Part shown: piece by piece, positions 13,147 through 24,292 of the stretch
How positions within the stretch are numbered: the stretch's first letter is position 1
How the letters are laid out: every line of letters starts with the position of its first letter
From: Carcharhinus amblyrhynchos
Lineage: Eukaryota
DNA: 64,000 nucleotides
Direction: 5' to 3'
Assembly (NCBI GenBank): GCA_965287045.1
Contig: OZ336873.1
Location: 107,570,001-107,634,000 of the forward strand
Program-made: the position numbers and the translations under genes
The notes under the pieces: model-generated
What the model was told of the DNA's origin: nothing
Database searches by the model: none
What the model saw: the letters and a program-made list of their open reading frames with translations, nothing else

Positions 13147-13478
13147 AGGTGTGGAGACCTGATAATCAGATTCAAATGTATTATAATGTTCTTGACATTG
13201 AATGATATTCACACTGCTTCGCTAGTGGGGTGGAAGGAGGGGGCAATCACGGTGAGACATAAAATGCAATTTGGGCCTCTTGTGAGATTTTTCACTCCCT
13301 CCACCAAGCCTGAAAAGAACAGGACCAGAAAATCCCATCCATTATTTTTAAAGTTAGGTGAGCCAGGGCGTTGATTATTTCATCAGTGGGAGTCAAATTG
13401 TCTTGAGGAGCTTAACAGAGAAAAGAAAATCAAAGATAAAGGCAGATTGCGGAACACAGCACTATGAAAATAAAATTT

Positions 13479-13660
13479 GACAGTCCAAAGATATGCAGGT
13501 TAGGTTGATTGGCCATGCTAAATTGATCCTGGTGTCAGGAGGATTAGCAGGGTAAATATGTGGAGTTACGGGAATAGGATTTGGGTGGAATTGTGATCGG
13601 TGCAATCTCGATGTGCAGAATGGCCTCCTTCTGCATCATAGAGACTCTATGATTCTGTGA
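13479..13660 (+). mobile_element. HE1-type SINE, 3' part with a CR1-like tail
   Basis: cagtccaaagatatgcaggttaggttgattggccatgctaaattg...aatggcctccttctgca...ctatgattct. Confidence 0.85.
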
Positions 13661-15374
13661 TCATCGGCCTTTCAGTGTGCTTCTCTGTACAGTTTTGAAA
13701 CAGAACAATCAGTGTTATGGAATTTCTCTGACTTTGTTCAATGATGCAAACAAGTACTTGTTCTCATATCCTTTTTCTGGATGACCTTTTCAGCAGTTCA
13801 TGAAGGGCAATCAGATGTTCAAAGATGTCACAGACTATTTACTCCAAATTGCATTGTGTGCCACACTTAGCCGAGGCTCGTTCACTGGTAAGCATTGAAC
13901 ACCTCCTCCTGTTTTCTCAGTCATTCACTTAACAGTAACTAGTCCATCTTTTCTTCCCAAATCCAAAGGAGGAAAGCTAACTATTAATTAAATAAAAATT
14001 CTCTTTATTTACAGATCATCTTAATTAATTAGCCACATCCCGTGTAGAATAATCTGATACAAGCTTGCTTGAAAGTCTGTTGTGTTTCTGCCAGTTTCTG
14101 ATTCCCATGCCTTTGTTGCTCAGGAACTGTTCAGTTGTTAATAGCTGGCTATCAGTTTCAAAGACAGCAAATTTTGCGACAAGAGCAGCCATAATGAATA
14201 ATGGACGATATCCATAATTACTGATAAACTAATTGTGTGCTGATACCTAGTATATAAAAAACAATGGGAGGTCCAAATTGCAATTATGTTGTTTAACTAA
14301 GTGACATGGTGATTAATTGTGAGTATATTGGGGTCAGATTTCTGGGAAAGACTTGAAGGGAAAAAGAATTGGGCTGAGGATGCTGCATTCGCTGAAGAAA
14401 CGTTTAAAAAATAGTTTAGAGTTACTGGAAGAGGCAATGGATAGTATTGCAAAATGATGAACTTCTTCAATTGAACTGAGGTGCACAATAAAATGATCAG
14501 CCAAATGATAGGTAATACATTCTGTTTCATCAAATCCTTCTCTGTGGTTAGAGAGGCAAAATTACCATTTAATGCCAAAGCATTGAATTTTTTGTTTCAG
14601 AGACTAAATCCGATGCAAGGCAGGGGGGAAACTAAGTGTGATTCCCATGATTCCCAATGGGCGGTGGGTAGGTGAACACACATGTTCTTCTGCTTTTGAG
14701 CCCATTAATTAAGCTCAGTGAATCTCATGTAGGGACCATTAGGAAGTTTTCCACCCAGCCATTACCATGGGGTCCAAGGTCGCAATGGCATATTTAAAGG
14801 GCACCTGGACAGATGTTCATTCATTGCAGGCCAGGAGATCCACACCACTCTTCCAGAGCCCTTGAGGCTCCAATTCATACTGGTGCAATTTGCAGATGTG
14901 AGTAACTATTCCCACACATACAAGGGCACCTTCGATGCTGCCTTTCACTCATCTTTAGATAAGAGCACGGCCGGCAGTACACTCATGCTCGGGTTAGTGC
15001 TTGTTGTTGAAGAAAGCCACGTTCATCAGCATCATGGCCTTGTAGAAGCCCACTTCCTCTTGCTGCTCAGGTCCTTGCTCCTCAGCCAGCAACAGACCTT
15101 CCTTCTCCTTCTATTGATCAGAGGCATTTCAAAGTAGTGCTGCCTGCATCATTGAAACCTCAGTGGATGTGTGAATGAATTGAAGTGATACATTAAGTGA
15201 GCACAATCTTTGCAGGTTTCCCTTCATCTCAAAGCTAGCAGACTACTGCTCAGTCCTCTCCCTGGCCTCCCTCTCGCCCCTTCCAGGTAAAGAACATTCT
15301 GGAGGACCAGAGATGAGTAAAACTCCCATTCATCTGCATGTGGAGACATTGCTCCTTGACCAGGGTGATAAAAA

Positions 15375-15596
15375 CCAGTTTAACTCAGTTGGCTGAACAG
15401 CTGGTTCATGACGTAGATCGACACAAACAGCATGGGTTCAATTCCTGTCCTCGCTGCGGTTATTTTAGAAGGCCTTCCCTTCCCAGCCTTGCCCCTTGCC
15501 TGAGGTGTGGCGATCCTCGTGCTAAATCACCACAGTCAGTTCTCCCTCTCAAAGGGGAGAGCAGCCTATGCCTAACTGGGACTATGGTGATTTTAT
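15375..15596 (+). mobile_element. tRNA-derived SINE of a separate family
   Basis: A-box-like taactcagttgg and B-box-like gggttcaattcc. The body cctgaggtgtggcgatcctc...aaatcaccacagtc...gggactatggtgatttt is unlike HE1. Confidence 0.7.
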
Positions 15597-18500
15597 CTAA
15601 GAGCCATGTGCAAGATGCCTCAAGTGGTCATTTTTCCAATTTTCTCAATGACCCTCAAAACTCCATAGAGAGTCCATTCTTGTGGACAGTATAGAAAGAT
15701 TAACTTGATTCCTTGCCAACGATGACTATTTACCATGAGGATGAGGAGTTGGAGTCATGGGTTGACTGCTGTCCAGGATGAAAAAGGAAAGGGATGTGCA
15801 TGATCCCAAGGAGCACACAGCTGTGCTTCTTGGTATCATCCATCTCTCTCTCTTCCTCCTTCCCTCAACCTGACTACAGCTGATGGCAAATGATACAGAA
15901 CATATAGCAGCTCCACAACTTGCTGGGATCTCGATGTTATGAGACTCATGAGTCAGGAACAAACTTGTTACAAAATGGGATTCAGCACAGAGAGAACATA
16001 ATGAACTTTGATGTCCACTTGCTTTATAATTATTAGGGTCTCCTTTTTGTCAGTCACTTGTGCTGACTTTGAACCCCAAGGACCCTCCTCCTGCCTCATG
16101 GAATCTCACTGACTGAATAAATATGGTCAAGATCAGTTTGGAAAAATGGTGTGCATCACCTTTCAAACTCACTCCACCACCTTTCACCTGTCACCCACCA
16201 ACTTACCTCTTTCATTATCATAGACCATTTCAATATCACCATTTCCTTTGCCCTATGTCACTCCTGAACCACCCCCCACCCCGCCACCTGGATCCTATCA
16301 CAATCCACCACCAAGTACCCATTCTCCCTTCAGAGCTACTACCCATTACCATCCCCATGCCCACCTTGACCCTGCTCCCTCCCATTATTCAAGCCATATC
16401 CTCCTCCATACTCCATCCCATGAGACTTATCAAACAGACATCCTGGACTTGCCATCCAACTTCATCCCACTCGCCCAACTGTGATTGTCCTCTCCTATTG
16501 CCATTACCCTGACTTCTCTCTCCAGGGACCTCACAGTCGACCCCATCTTCTAAGTCACTCTCACCCCCTTTTTGGAAGCCCTCCTGTCCCCCCAATCACC
16601 CATCCCACTTCCAGCCTTCACCTGTTTCCCTTGTCCAGCCTTGGCACAGTGTTTACTAATGGCATTCAATATGAGTCAAGTTATGCAAGATCCCCAGAAG
16701 GAAAATGTTGTGGAATAGGTAGTAAAACTGAATGTTCTAAAATCTCGCTGGCAGAGAACTTAATTTGAAAGGTGAACTTAATTCAGGCCAGGTGGCCTTT
16801 CAAAAGCAAGCATCAGATGTTAATGCTTGGAAATGAGTTTCCTGACATTATTCGTTGGGAAGCTCGACCTGCCTTTAGCCCACCTTGAAAGTCAGGAGAA
16901 CGAAAGTCAAACAGTTTATTCTGCTGTTAGAAAACTGATCTTTTGCCTCCTGCCAAATTAGTTACCCCCTCCTGGCACAATTCCCATTGCTGGAATTGGA
17001 AAATTCCACTCAAAGGCTCTCTGGTGAAAGGTCTGCAAGCTGAAAGATTGGGTTGGATATTCATGTTAGAGGTAGTTGGCTTGAGTCAAGTCAGGGAGGG
17101 TTGGGCTCAGATGCAACGAAGACTTTGTCTGCTATTTTTTGGCTGGAGATCAGAATTGGCCACAAAGGCTGTCACATGCTGAGGAGGGTTGGTTAAAAGG
17201 CCTGCTTCAGTTCTTTGGGACTTTGTCCCAGTTTTGTGAAATATTACACCCTCTAGCTCTCATATCCTCGCCTCCACCCTCACTGATTGCATCTGCCTCA
17301 TCCATGCTAACTCATGCCATCCCATGACCCCCTCCTTTTATCTACATCATGCCTTATAACCTTGATGCCAACAGTGCCAATACATTTTTCCACCACTTTT
17401 TACCACTGCACCCTCCATTCCAACTCACACAATAGGGGTAGATCTCAGGAGCCATGTTGTGATTAAATAAAATAAAGTTATTAACTATCTTTTACAAGCT
17501 TCACTACATATATAAAAAAATCAATTTTTTAAAGCCTATTCAATACATTTAAATGATGTCAAGCACTTAATTCATTATAGAAACACACATTTGTACTCAT
17601 AACCTGATATAAAAGACAACTTATCCTTTAATACCTACTTGTAGCTGTCAATCAAACTGTGAATTTATAGGCTCACTCCCACATTATGAAGATGGCAGGT
17701 TGTAGGAGAGGTCAAGCAATAATAATGACATCTTTTCTCAAACATCTATTGAACTGCCAGAACAGATTTTTTATTCACTCAGTCACATCAGTCAATTTTA
17801 TTTCTCAAAAATTAAAGAACAGGGTGTTTAAATAGCTTGACAGTTGTGGATTCTGTACACATCATCCCCATAAAGTCATAAAACACGTGCTGGATTTGAG
17901 GCTACTCCTGCAGTGAAATTGAATCTGCTTCTCCAATGCACTGAGCTTAAATGGCCTGGCCGATTCATAAATTGCACCTGGGTGGGATTCTTGTCAGTGC
18001 AGGCTCAATGAGTCTCCTTCTGCACAGTAGGGATTCTATGATTCAATGAGATGAGGGATGAGTGACTAACAAGCTCCTAGGAATAAACTGGAAGTATTTT
18101 AAAGAGACTGGTAGTCTCGATTTGATTTGCAGTTTCAACCTTTGCTGTGCTTCCGGCCCTCAGAAAATCGGTCCACTGAAGAGGGCTGAAAATAGCTTTG
18201 TGGAGAACGTGTGCACTTCATCCCTGTGCACTCATTCCCTGTGAAAATCATCCTGATCTCCTGGAGTCAGGATAGGACCTCCTTCTCAAAATTGCATCAC
18301 TGCTCCTGACCAGACTGTGAGTTTGAAACCATCCCACCAGCCCCACCATATCACAAGTCTCTCTACTTGACACAGGTAAGTTACCTGTGGTCCTCACTTG
18401 CCCCAGGTGCTCCCCACCTGACTGAAGATCAGGCCTGTCAATCAGATAGCTTTCTAGGAATGGGCCCTTTCAAAAGCAAAACAATGCGCTTTGTGCAGTC

Positions 18501-19261
18501 ATAAGTTCTTAGCTCTTGGGGTAACCCAAACTGGGTTTCCTGACTCTGCTCCCCTGCCAGGTGTTATCCGTCCTGTTTGGTTTTGGGGAAATATTTTTGA
18601 GCACACTCTATAACCGTAATACCTAACCACACTACTACTACAGCCGTGTGCTGTTGCAAACATGGTAAAATAACCTAGAAGATATTGTATCTTTAAATAG
18701 CCCACTATGTAACACTCAGCACAGTTCCAAGTCCAAAAGTACAGTTTTCACTGATTATGTTACTGTTCATGTATTATGCAGACAAAAGCAATCAATAAAT
18801 CCAGACAGTTAAAATCTCCCCCACTTTAATGAGATTTATGATGCTATATCTGTAATAATGGCAAGATACACCAGTAAATTTCATGTCTCCAATCATTAAG
18901 TTATCTCTGTAGTCAACAAAGCTAATGGACACCATAACTGTAGATCTTTGAGCTGTAGTGAGTAATAACTTCTGCTGTGAGGGTGTGACTAAGATGTGCA
19001 ACCTCCTGCAAGAAGACCTGCAACGCACTGCCATTGTATATTTGGAATATTGGAATCAAGGTGACTATAGCCAAACATTTCTTTGCCTCTGCTTCCTTCT
19101 AGGCTGCCACGGGGAATATTAGAAACATCAGTTGGTCTTGTTTGCCATTAGAAAGTAGTTGATGCCATGTTTGTCAGAGCAAAGACATTCAACACTTTCC
19201 CTGACAACAGTTGGAAGCTGTAGGTTTGGGTTCTGGGTTTGTGCCAATTCCAGGCTTCCCT

Positions 19262-19585
19262 GGGCAGCACGGTGGCACAGTGGTCAGCACTGTTGCCTCA
19301 CAGAACCAGGGACCCATGTTCAATTCCAGCCTCAGTTGACTTTGTGGAATTTGTACATTCTCCCCATGTTTGTGTGGGTTTCCTCTAGGTAATCCAGTTT
19401 CCTCCCAGTTCAAAAGATGAGTGGATTAAGTTGATTGGCCATGCTAAATTGCCTCTTAATGTCAGGGGGATTAAACGTGTAAATATATGGGGTTATGGGA
19501 ATAGAGCCTGTGTGGGATTGTTGTCAGTGCAATCTTGATGGGCTAAATGGCCTCTTTTATTTTATAGAATTCTATTCCATTCTAA
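19262..19585 (+). mobile_element. Full-length HE1-type SINE
   Basis: Head gggcagcacggtggcacagtggtcagcactg, V-domain and CR1-like tail. Confidence 0.9.
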
Positions 19586-20049
19586 ATCCAGGGCATCATG
19601 GACTGCACTGATATCAAACTGCAAGCTCCATTGTCTTCACAACTGCAAAGGGCTTTCAGATGACTGTTGTACCAATGGATGACCAGATGATCTTCAGTGA
19701 TTCAAGCAGATCTCTGCTTACTTATCTGGTAGTTGGCATGACAACCTTATTTTGAGTAAATCCTCTACCATTCCGTGCCATTCTTTATGCCCCTGCACAT
19801 CAAGTGGGAGATTGATAACATTCTATAAAGCATTCTACTCTGCACACTTCTCTCTTCTCGTGATTTTGCACTTGGCAGAAGAAATGCATTAGAATCAAAT
19901 CCATGGATCAACCAGAATCCACATCGTGCAGACTAATGGAGGCCCCAGTGTAGCTTGGATGATTCACTAGCTTCCTGCAATGCAGTGAGGAAAGAGTGCC
20001 CGAAATGATGGTGGTTTGTAGTGTTGCTCAGTAACACACAACATCTGTT

Positions 20050-20346
20050 TTGGCATTCCTTCCCCAGATCTCTCCATCTCTTTCCTCTTTTAAGACATTT
20101 CTTAGAACCGACCTCTTTGATCAAGCCTTTGGCCATTTGCCCTAATTTCACCCAATGTGATACTATATCAAATCTGACCTTCAACTCCTGTGAAGCGCCT
20201 TGGGGTATTTTATTACATTAACGATGGTATATACAAACAAGTAGCTGTTATTGTCGGTGTCAAATTTTGTTTGATGACACCCCTTGGAGCACCTGAGGGC
20301 ATTTTATTATGTTAAAAATTCCATATATAAACAATATCTTGTTGTT
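20050..20346 (+). mobile_element. Two tandem L2-type 3' ends
   Basis: acctctttgatcaagcctttgg...tgtgaagcgccttgggg...acaagtagctgtt, then a second diverged tail gtcaaattttgtttgatgac...ttgttgtt. Confidence 0.65.
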
Positions 20347-21134
20347 AACATTGCCTCCCACCTCTAATGTTTGATAATAACAACATTTCTGAACTGCGAT
20401 CTCAAATGGTTTCCCAGAAAAAGGGAAGAATAAAATTTGCTCGGCATATTCTTCACACAGCTGTCAGATTAAGAGAAGCAACATTCTGTTAACAAGCTAG
20501 CATTAACTTTAAGCCAAGAATTAACTGAATTAATGTAACATATTTTCTCATTTTTTTCTGGAGTTATATTTTGTACACTTCAAATACTAAGCTTAAAATG
20601 AGAATAATACAAGTTAATATGCCAAACATTTCTAGAACACTTGAATCATGAGAGAAATCCAAACTTATACAGTTAATTAACTATAATTGAGTATAATTTG
20701 GCAATCTGCTTCAGTTATTCAATTACATTTTGAAAATCTTCCTTCATAATTTTGATGCCTTTAGACCCCCCCCCACCGTAAATACCGGAAGCAACTTGCA
20801 AAATTACAAGAAACTTATAACTGAGGAAATTTGTTCAGTTGATCTTGATTCATCCATCCGGTGAGATCCTGTTAACACTGATTAAAACTTCATAACCAGC
20901 ATCTTTCTTTCTTAATGGTGGAGGTATTTTAATGCCCTTAATCAACCTTCTGTAGCATTCACTCATGCTTATTTGGAGCAAATTCAGGCCCAGAAACTGG
21001 CATAACAGGAGTGCCAAAGTGGCAGTATGATCTACACTATCCATGGGTACACCAATAAAATAGCTCCTGACAAGCTGGTGAAGAGAGAGAAAGAGACTTC
21101 CAGGACCATGGCTGAAACGGCTTTAGGCTCCCTG

Positions 21135-21242
21135 TAGTGGTTGAAGAAGTCAATTTTCCACCACCTTCTCAAGGGCAATTAGGGGTGGGTAAATAAATGC
21201 TAGCCTAGTCAGTGATGATAATATCCCATGAATGAATAAAAT
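21135..21242 (+). mobile_element. 3' tail of the non-HER1 LINE/SINE family
   Basis: ccaccaccttctcaagggcaattagggg...aataaatgctagcc...cccatgaatgaataaaa; the same tail occurs at 28110-28185 and 54650-54720. Confidence 0.75.
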
Positions 21243-21477
21243 ATGTTTTGCAAACCTCACACTTTGCAATCAAGCATCTCTGGCAATTAGTACTGTCAGA
21301 TATCTGCTTAGCACAGCATCAATGGGTGGCATGGTGACACGTCAGTCGGTCTTATTTGCCTTCCGCAAAAAGCCAATTCCACGTTTGTCAAAACGAAGAC
21401 GTTCAACAATTTTCCTAAAGGAGAGTTGGAAGCTGCAGGGTTGGGCTCTGAGTTGTGTAAAATTTCAGGCTTCCCTA

Positions 21478-21836
21478 GGCAGCTTGGTGGCACAGTGGTT
21501 AGCGCTCGAGCGAGGCCATAAAATCCCGCCCAGCATTATTGACTGATATAGGATGGCACAGTGGTTAGCATTGCTGCCTCACAGTGCCAGAGACCCGGGG
21601 AAACTGTGGAGTTTGCACAATTCTTCCTGTGTCTCCATGGGTTTCCTTCAGCTGCACCGATTTCTCCCCACAGTCCAAAGATGTGAATGATCGTCCATGT
21701 TAAATTGTCTCTTACTGTCAGAGGGCCTAGAAGGATAAATATGTGTGGTTACAGGCATAGGGCCTGGTTGGGATTGTGGTCAGTGCAGACCTGAGGGGTC
21801 AAATGGCCTCTTTCTGCACTGTAGAAATTCTATGAT
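21478..21836 (+). mobile_element. HE1-type SINE with a duplicated head and an embedded MITE end
   Basis: Two ggcacagtggttagc heads separated by cgctcgagcgaggccataaaatcccgccc. Confidence 0.85.
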
Positions 21837-22784
21837 CAATATAGATTTAAGAATAGCACAGAGAAGCACCAGGAGGAGAGTTGGTTGTGATAATGAATAC
21901 GTGCTGTGAATACAAATGAGTGCTGCCAAACTACTTTGCGATGTGAGCCTAGAATTTCATCACCTCGCCAGGGAGTGGAAGTTGAGAAAGTTCCAGAATT
22001 CACATGCTTGCCAGAGGAGAAACTGTCCACAAAGGCAGCATCTTCATTGCCGGTGGACAGGGATCTGGGTGTGTTGTGCAGTCAACCTGCAAATGAGGGT
22101 AAAAACAGCTTTTTATCAGATCTGCTTTGATGCTGTGGGATTTTATCCAGTTAATATATGTATGCATATATGAATTAAGAATAGAAAGAGACTAGTTTGG
22201 CTTAATAATGAAAAAAATAAATCCCTCTACCCCTCACCTTTATGCCACCTCACCTCCAGATGCTCCCCATGTCTTATTCATCCCACTTAATGCTCTCCAT
22301 GCCAGCTATGCCTGGCCATTTACGCCCATAGGTCCTTACATCCTTATCCAAGTTGTGCCCCTCACTGACTCCCCAAAGCTCTTCATAACTTTTCACATTT
22401 ATGTACCCACTATGTATCATATAATATCAATTATCCAATAGTGACAGGGAATGTGTTTGGAAAAAAGGTTCAAAAATATCTGTTATTCATTCATTAGTTT
22501 CCACTGAGTTAATGAATGTCCTTTTACCAGAGGCCAATAAAATTATCAATCATCCAGACCTTCTAAAAGAGCAACAGTAGAACTGCAAGTATGTGAAACT
22601 TCTTATCATTTTATAAGTAATGAAAAATTGACAGCAGAGATCAGGGAGCCAGAGCTGTCAATTAAAGCAATAGTTGTTCTGGAGCTCAGGTGTTTTAATG
22701 CACTAATGGATGTATGAGCTCTCATTCAATAATAGATATCAAGGCTTGGCTGACATTCCAGAAACCTACTGCTCTGATCCCCAA

Positions 22785-23071
22785 AGTAACTTACTCAGGC
22801 CCTCTTCCTCACCCTATCCCCATAACACCACACACTTCCCATGGTTAATCCATCTAACCTAGACATCTTGGGATGCTAAGGGGCAACTTACCATGGCCAA
22901 TCCACCCAACGTGCACACCTTTGGACTGTGGGAAGAAACCGAAGCACCCTGAGGAAACCCACACAGAGAACATGCAAACTTCACACAGACAATCACCCAA
23001 AAGCCAAAGTTGAACCCAGTTTCCTGCTGCTGTAAGGCAGCAGTGCTAACCACTGTGCCACCATGCTGCCC
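22785..23071 (-). mobile_element. HE1-type SINE
   Basis: Reverse-strand head gggcagcatggtggcacagtggttagcactgctgcc plus V-domain. Confidence 0.9.
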
Positions 23072-23089
23072 TATTTCAGTCAAAGATGA

Positions 23090-23212
23090 TGGCGGGATTT
23101 TATGACCTTGCTTGAGCGAGGCTGGAAAATCTTGCCCGAGGTCAGCTGACATTTCCGTTGTCCACCCCTCACCCACTCCAATTCCACAGCAGGCAGGACC
23201 GGGGGAATTCTG
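23090..23212. mobile_element. Short Harbinger-like MITE
   Basis: Starts ggcgggattttatg with an internal aaaatcttgccc. A related fragment lies at 25606-25690. Confidence 0.55.
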
Positions 23213-23475
23213 AGGGATGTTTCAGGCACAGTGAGAAATCAATTCCTGGTATAGAAAATCCTCTATGTAACCTATCCTTCTTTGCTGCAAGATAAACTTA
23301 AATCAGAGACAATTCTGGTGTAACTGGGTGAGATTTCTGAGTTAGTGGCTTTAGTCTTAGTAACTCGGTATTTTGGGAAGGGACACCTTTTCTGCCAGAA
23401 TCCAATTATACTAGAATTCAGTTTATATATTAGAAGGATGTTGCAGCATATCTGGCTTATGCCTAAATTTAATTA

Positions 23476-24292
23476 AGAACATAAGAACATAAGAAATAGG
23501 AGCAGGACTAGGCAGGCCTTCGAGCCTGCCCCGCCATTCAATAAGATCATGGCTGATCTGTCGTGTCTCAGTTCCATATTCCCGCCCTCTCTCCATAACC
23601 CTTAATCCCCTTGCCTATCAAAAACCTATCAACCCGCATCTTAAATATATTTAGCGAGGCAGCCTCCGCCACTTCAACGGGCAGAGAATTCCAGAGATTC
23701 ACCACCCTTTGAGTGAAGAAGTTCCTCCTCAACTCCGTTCTAAACCGCCCCTAGGACAGTATGACTAGAGGGCTGTGCCCTCTAGTCCTACTGTCCTTTC
23801 TGAGCGGGAAGAGCCTCTTCACCTCTATCCTATCCATCCCATTCATCATCTTATATGTCTCAATGAGATCTCCCCTCATTCTTCTAAACTCTAACGAGTA
23901 CAAACCTAATTTATTCAGCCTCTCCTCATAGTTCAACCCCCCTCAACTCCGGTATCAGCCTAGTAAACCTCCTCTGCACTCCCTCCAAGGCCAATATATC
24001 CTTGCGTAAGTGTGGCGACCAAAACTGCACACAGTACTCCAGCTGCGGCCTCACCAGTGCCCTGTTAAGTTGCAGCCAAACCTCCCTACTTTTATATTCA
24101 ATCCCCCTCGCTATGAAGGCCAGCATCCCATTTGCCTTCCTGACCACCTGCTGCACCTGCAGGCTGGGTTTTTGCAACTCATGCACAAGGACCCCGAGGT
24201 CCCTCTGCACCGTTGCATGCTGCAGTTTTTCGCCATGTGAGTAATAGTCCTTCCTACCATTATTCCTACCAAAGTTGACAACTTCACATTTG
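23476..24292 (-). mobile_element. Young CR1 LINE, 5'-truncated, one frameshift
   Basis: ORFs 23926..24345 and 23751..23936 match CR1 ORF2; (AAGAACAT)n tail; highly similar to 52513-53893. Confidence 0.95.

Noticed and set aside
16123-16768. Pro/His-rich ORFs
   Set aside because: C-rich low-complexity arm of an old MITE-like repeat.
19262-19335. tRNA-like A and B boxes as a tRNA gene (also at 15375, 21478, 31569)
   Set aside because: Each continues into a SINE body and lacks a complete cloverleaf; these are SINE heads.
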